NCBI GenBank assembly: GCA_014905635.1
Contig: JABVCE010000013.1
Span: 248,001 to 312,000 of the forward strand
Direction of reading: 5' to 3'
Origin: Scenedesmus sp. PABB004
Taxonomy: Eukaryota
Length of the DNA: 64,000 nt
The notes beneath the pieces are model-generated. The model did no database searches, was not told where the DNA came from, and was given only the letters and a program-made list of their open reading frames with translations. Position 1 is the first letter of the stretch. Every line of letters begins with the position of its first letter. A program made the translations under genes and the position numbers. Below are positions 58,953 to 64,000 of the stretch, in pieces.

Positions 58953-58988
<36 letters not shown>

Positions 58989-59093
58989 GTGCTGCGCAAG
59001 ATCGCTGCCAAGGAGGAGCACGAGCTCGGCGACACCTCCACGCTCGCCGACCCGACCGTCGTCGAGCAGCTCGTCGCGCTGCGCGGCCACTGA
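53810..59093 (+). CDS. ACS: Acetyl-CoA synthetase (AMP-forming), about 15 exons
   Basis: [87 protein letters not shown]. Confidence 0.96.
54612..54680. repeat. (CACCCS)n hexamer microsatellite in an ACS intron
   Basis: Read directly; a similar (CCCA)n tract lies at about 58140-58230. Confidence 0.85.
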
Positions 59094-59901
59094 GACGCGC
59101 GCGATGGGCCTGCGGCGGGCGCGGGGGCCCGGCGGGCGGGGCGCCTGCGGCGGCGCGGCGCGGGGGCGCGAGGGGCGCCCGCGCCGCCGCGCACGGCAGT
59201 TTTTGCGGGGCGCTCGCTGAGCGGGCGCCCCGGGCGGGCGGGCGCGGGGCGGGGCGGAGGCCGCGGCGCGTCCGGCGCCGCGGCGCTCGGTGAATTGGCG
59301 CGGTCGCGCGCGCCGCGAGCGTGCGCGCGCGTGACCGTCGGGCGTGTTGACGGCAGCTGTGTTGACGGCAGCTGGCCGCGGCTGCCGCGGGGGAGCCTCT
59401 TGCTGCAGCGGTGCTGATGAGCGGAGTCTGGCGCAGCTCTGACGGCGCGCGGGCGCTGCCAGCACTGCAGCTGTGTGTTCGTGTGCCTTGTGCTTGGGGG
59501 CGGGGAGGGGGGATCGAGAGGCGCACTGCCCTCGCTGCGCTCGCGCGCACGCGGCCGCCCCCGCGCTGGGGGTGCCGCCGCCGACGCGAACATCGTCATC
59601 ATCATCAGCTGATGCTGGCCGTCCCCATCACCAACTTGATAGCGCAACCCGATCGGTAAAGGTCTCGTAGGAGGAGCACCAACGCCGGGGCTTTGGCCGC
59701 GTGAGACGCGCCCGCCCGCTCGCCTGCCGTGCGCGCGGCAACACACGCCGCTCGCCGACAACACCACACGTCTCCCTCCCTCCCTCCGCACCAGCAGCAG
59801 CCCCACTCCCTGCAGCGATGGTGGGCGCGTGAGCTGAGAGGGCGGCGCCGGTCTCGCCGCTGCTCGCTGGGGACGGCTGCGTGCTCCCCCGGCCGATCGC
59901 C

Positions 59902-60408
59902 ATGCCGCAGCGGACGACGGTGAAGCTCATCAGTGCGGAGGGCCACGAGTTTGTGATAGACTACAAGGCGGCGTGCGTGTCCAACACCATCCGCAACATG
60001 CTGAGCTCCCAGGGTGCGGCCAGCGCCCGGCGCGCCCCGTGGGGCCGCGCCACGCCGAGCCCTGACGCCCCGCCACCGCCCGGTGCAGGCAGCTTCACCG
60101 AGACCGAGCAGGGCGAGGTGCGGTTCCCCGAAATCAGCACGCCCATACTCGAGAAGGTCTGCCAGTACTTTTACTACAAGCTACGCTACCAGAACTCGTG
60201 AGCGGGTCGCCGGGGGTGGTGGCAGGCGCCTCGGCCTCGCAGCGGGCCGCGGCAGGGGCGCCGCCGCACGCACGCGCCCGCGGCGCGCGCGGAGCAGCAG
60301 CGCCGGCGCCGCCGCGCCCGCAGCACGACGCGCAACATCCCGGAGTTCAAGGTCGCCCCGGACATCGCGCTGGAACTGCTCATGGCCGCAAACTTCCTGG
60401 ACGCGTGA
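59902..60408 (+). CDS. ELOC: Elongin C (Skp1 family), 3 exons
   Basis: VKLISAEGHEFVI...SNTIRNMLSSQGSFTE...FPEISTPILEKVCQYFYYKLRY...IPEFKVAPDIALELLMAANFLD. Confidence 0.95.
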
Positions 60409-60487
60409 ACAGCCGCGCAGCAGCAGCGGGCGCAGCGGGCGGGCGGCAGCAGCACTGTTGACGATCGGTTGGCGTTGAGGCCCCGGC

Positions 60488-61726
60488 ATGCCGGCGGGGC
60501 AGGAGGAGCCGCAGGACCAGGAGCCGCAGGACCAGGACCAGGGCGAGCAGCAGCGCGCCGCCGGCGAGCAGCAGCAGCGCGCCCCCGGCGCGCCGCCGCC
60601 GGCCGAGGTGCTGGCGCTGGTGCTGGCGCTGCTGGAGCCGCGGCAGCTGCACCGCGCGGCGCCGGTGTGCGCCGAGTGGCGCGGCGCGGTGGCCGCGGCG
60701 GCGTACGGCGGCGGCCGCCCGCTGGCGGTCAACGGGCTGCGGCTCGACGCGGCCGGCGCGGCCGCCCTCGCGGCGTGGCTGGCCCGCCACGGCGGCTCCG
60801 TTGCCGTGCTGGCGCTGGGCGGCCTGCGCAGCGGCCTCGCCCTGCCCTGGTGGCGCGACGTGTGCGGCGCGCCCTTCGCGAGCCTGCGCGAGCTCAGCCT
60901 GCGCTCGTGCGGCCCGGCCGGCGCGCCGCTGCCGCTGCAGCTCCTCGCCGGCGCGCGTGCGCTGCGCTGCGTGAGGCTGGAGCACTGCCCAGTGCCGCCC
61001 GACCCGGGCGCGCTGGCGGCGCTGTCGCAGCTGACGGCGCTCCACGCGCGCCGGTGCGGCCTGGGCCTCCCACACCTCGCCGCGATCTGCGGCCTGCCCG
61101 GGCTGGAGGAGCTCGGGCTGGGAGCCAACACCTTTGCGCCGGCGCCCGGCGGCGCCGCCTGGGCGGGCGGGCTGCAGCGCCTGCGCCGCCTGCGCCGCCT
61201 CGACCTGTCGGCGTGCGCCCTCGCACCGGGCCTGCTGGACGGGGTGCCGGCGCTGGCCGCGCTAACGCGCCTGTGCCTGCGCAGCGCGCAGCTAGACGCC
61301 GGCGGCGCAGCGGGCTTTGCGGGCGACGCCACGGGCTCGCGGCTGCGCCGCCTCGCCCTGGATGACCCGGCGGCGCGCGGCGGTGGCAGCGTCGGCGCCG
61401 GCGTGCTCGCGCTCGGCGGCGGCACGGCGGCGAGCTGCGCCGCCGTGGGCCGCGCGGCGGCGCTGGTCGACCTGGACGCGAGCTTTGTCGTCGGCGCGTG
61501 CGAGCAGCTGCTCGCAGGCGCGCGCGCCGCCGGCGCCCCGCTCGCGCTGCGGTCGCTGGGCCTCGCCTGCACGTCGTGCGGCGAGGGCGCGCTCGTCGCG
61601 CTCGCGCTGCGCTGCCCGTGGCTGACGGCGCTGCACGCGCCCGGCAACGCCGGCGTGGACCGCGCCCGCGTGGCGGCGGCGCTCGCCGGCGGCGGGCTGC
61701 GCGGCCTCGTGACGCTCGACGTGTGA
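60488..61726 (+). CDS. F-box/leucine-rich-repeat protein, intronless, 412 aa
   Basis: F-box PPAEVLALVLALLEPRQLHRAAPVCAEWR; LRRs LRELSLRSC, LEELGLGAN, LRRLDLSAC, LTRLCLRS. Confidence 0.87.
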   Translation: MPAGQEEPQDQEPQDQDQGEQQRAAGEQQQRAPGAPPPAEVLALVLALLEPRQLHRAAPVCAEWRGAVAAAAYGGGRPLAVNGLRLDAAGAAALAAWLARHGGSVAVLALGGLRSGLALPWWRDVCGAPFASLRELSLRSCGPAGAPLPLQLLAGARALRCVRLEHCPVPPDPGALAALSQLTALHARRCGLGLPHLAAICGLPGLEELGLGANTFAPAPGGAAWAGGLQRLRRLRRLDLSACALAPGLLDGVPALAALTRLCLRSAQLDAGGAAGFAGDATGSRLRRLALDDPAARGGGSVGAGVLALGGGTAASCAAVGRAAALVDLDASFVVGACEQLLAGARAAGAPLALRSLGLACTSCGEGALVALALRCPWLTALHAPGNAGVDRARVAAALAGGGLRGLVTLDV

Positions 61727-61963
61727 GGGAGGGAGAGCCCTCTCAGCGGGAGAGCGAGCGCGAGGGTCGCGCGCCGCACCGGCGGTTCCACAGGGTAACA
61801 GCCGACGGCCCGCCTTTGCCACACAGAGTGCAGGGAGCGGCAAGCCCCGATCGCAGAGGCGGCAGCAGCAGCACGCGAGCGACAATCCCCACCCCGTCAG
61901 TGCTGGTTCGTTCACCCCCGGTCGTCGCTGGCCACCATGGTGTCTGCCCCGGGCCGGCCGCGC

Positions 61964-63367
61964 TCAGCCGCCGCCGCCGCCGCGCGCGGCCCGGCCCTGC
62001 TGCTGTCCGGCGTCAAACAGCATGTTTGCCATCTCTGCGTCGTCCGGCGGCGGCGGTTTGTACCTGCGCGCGTGTGCAGCCGCTCGACGCGCGACGCGCA
62101 CCGCGCCGCGCGCGGCGCCGGGCACGGCGCCGCGCGCAGCCCACGCAGCCGCAAGCGCCGCACCGGTCGGGCGTTTTGCTCGGGTACGCGATGCACAGCC
62201 CGACCTGCAGCGCGCCAAACACCGCCCCCACCTGCGCAGAGCGCCGCGGGGCACTGCGTGGGCGGCCCATGGCGCACGCCCTGCCTGCCCCGCCCCCTCC
62301 TCACCCACCCGCCCACCCACCGCGCCGCCCTGCCCCGCCGCCGCGCGCGCGGCGCACCATGTTTGGCCCGTAAATGAACGCGTCCCCGAGCGCGAGGCCG
62401 TACCCGCTCCAGAGCAGGCCGTTGACGGCGTTCATGCACGCAAAGGGCAGGTGCAGCGCCGCCGCGCTGCGCGTGGCCAGCACCTCGGCGAGCACGCTCA
62501 GCGGCGCGCAGTAGAAGATGATCAGGATGAACACCGTGGTGCTGCCCCTGTTGTGAGGGGCGGTTCGTTTTGCCCGGCATCGGGGCGTGTGTGTGTTTGG
62601 GTGGGTGTGTGGGGGGGGGGCGGGGCGCTGCGCTGAGGGGCGGCCGCGCTCGCGGGCGGCACCAAGCGCGACGGGGCCGCGCACCAGATGTTGACGGTGC
62701 CCGCGTGGTCGAAGCGCCCGAAGCTCACCGCCGCGCCCGCGGCGGTCAGCAGCGCGGCAAAGGCCATGACGCCCTGCAGCATGCGGTCGCGCGTCTGCGC
62801 GGCGCGCGGCGCGCGGCGTCGGCGCGGGGTGGGCGCCGGGCGCCGGGCGCCGCGCCGGCCACGCCGCCGCCGCCGCCGTCGGCACCGCGACCGCCGCCGC
62901 GGCGCCGTTGCGGCGCGCCGGCGCGCACCCGGTCGTCGGCGAAGCCGTAGCAGCTGATGGCCATGAACGACCCCAGCAGCAGGCCCGGCACGTTGCTCGC
63001 GAGCACGTAGGGGTCGACGGTGATGAACGAGTAGACCAGCCACGCCACGCAGTTGGCCCACATCGCCACCAGCGGCAGCGGGTTGAGGCTCTGGCGCGGC
63101 GCGGCGCGGCGCGGCGCGGCGCGGCGGGCGAGCGCCACGGCGGCGGCAGCGGCGGCGCGGGAGCAGCGGCTCGGCGGCGCGGCGCCCGGCGGCGCGCCGG
63201 CGCCCGCCCCGGGACCGCGGATCCGCGGCGTCGGCCCGTGCGCCGCTCACCCCCAGGGCCTTGGCGCCGCGCACGGCCAGCACGGCCTGGAAGGGGCTCG
63301 CGAAGAGCGCCCATGCCACCAGGCAGCCCAGCCCGGGCACAACGTGCTTCATGATCAGGTCCCCCAT
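61964..63367 (-). CDS. SWEET: SWEET (MtN3/saliva) sugar transporter, 6 exons
   Basis: LFASPF, LNPLPLVAMWANCVAWLVY, ASNVPG, IFYCAPLS, NGLLWSGYG, IYGPNMVG. Confidence 0.92.
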
Positions 63368-63685
63368 CGCGCCGCCGCCCCGCCCTGCCGCCGCGACACG
63401 GCGGGCGGGCGGGCGGGCGGCCAGGCGGCGGCGGCAGGCGGCACGAGGCGGCAGCAGCGGGCGCGGCGCGGCGCGGCGCGGCGCACGGTGCGGTCGACGG
63501 GGCCTTTGTGGCCGTGCGGCGCGGCGTGGGGAGTGGAGAACACTAGGACCGGCGGCGCTGCCGTTGCGCCGGCGGGGTTTGGCGACAGGTCAAACGGCGG
63601 CGTCTGCGGCGGCCCGGCGCGCGGCCGCCCCGCCACAGCCATTGCGCCCGGCCGTCGCCGCCCGCCGCTCCCGCACAGGGCCACG

Positions 63686-63945
63686 ATGGCGGCGGCGCCC
63701 GCGCCGCCGGCGGCCCGCGCCGCCGCTGCCGGCGGCGGCGCCGCGACGGAGGCGGAGCTGCTCGGCCTCGCGCCGCCGCCGCAGCTGGTGGACCGCGTGC
63801 GGCCGGGGCCGTCGGGCACCGTGGCGTCCACAGCGGCAGCGGCGGCCGTGCGTCTCGCGGCGTGCGTGCGCGCGGCGCCGGAGCGCGCGCCAGGCGGGCT
63901 GGCCGCGGCGCCGCCGGCCCGCCGCCGCCCGGGGGCGTCATGCAG
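63686..63945 (+). CDS. Probable first exon of an unknown gene running off the right edge
   Basis: ATG 63686 MAAAPAPP...TEAELLGLAPPPQLVDRVRPG..., ending at CAG|GTGCGG; divergent from SWEET. Confidence 0.45.
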
Positions 63946-64000
63946 GTGCGGCCGCGGTGACGCGGCGCGGCGCGGCGCGGCGGCGAAGAGCCCGGCGCCG

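Noticed and set aside
187..63941. Hundreds of long overlapping Arg/Ala/Pro/Gly-rich ORFs in the six-frame track (e.g. 44644-47316, 27145-29598, 46385-48958)
   Set aside because: Stop codons are rare at this GC content; these are shadow frames or exon-intron read-throughs.

Overview
This is eukaryotic nuclear DNA, extremely GC-rich (about 75-80% by eye), gene-dense and intron-rich. Gene content (MBS, CPX1, SULP2, LHY-like MYB, ACR, SWEET) and GTGCG/GCGCAG splice signals point to a chlorophyte green alga, probably Sphaeropleales (inference). Almost all long ORFs in the supplied track are GC-driven shadow ORFs, so I rebuilt about 26 spliced genes by hand; exon boundaries are manual. Main points: (1) a ~775-bp inverted duplication (37811-38586 / 44655-45428) carrying the last exon of one gene plus the promoter, uORF and first 30 codons of the clock MYB gene, which fits a staggered-break inversion that placed a clock-promoter copy in front of an unknown Cys-rich surface protein; (2) an Elongin C ORF followed 79 nt later by an intronless F-box/LRR ORF, a candidate bicistronic ubiquitin-ligase module; (3) at least 22 AG|GC splice donors, about 1 intron in 6, paralleled by TGCAA in place of TGTAA after many stops; (4) a SAP-like plus 37-aa helical-repeat organellar protein. 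I recognised no rRNA, tRNA, CRISPR or autonomous transposon.
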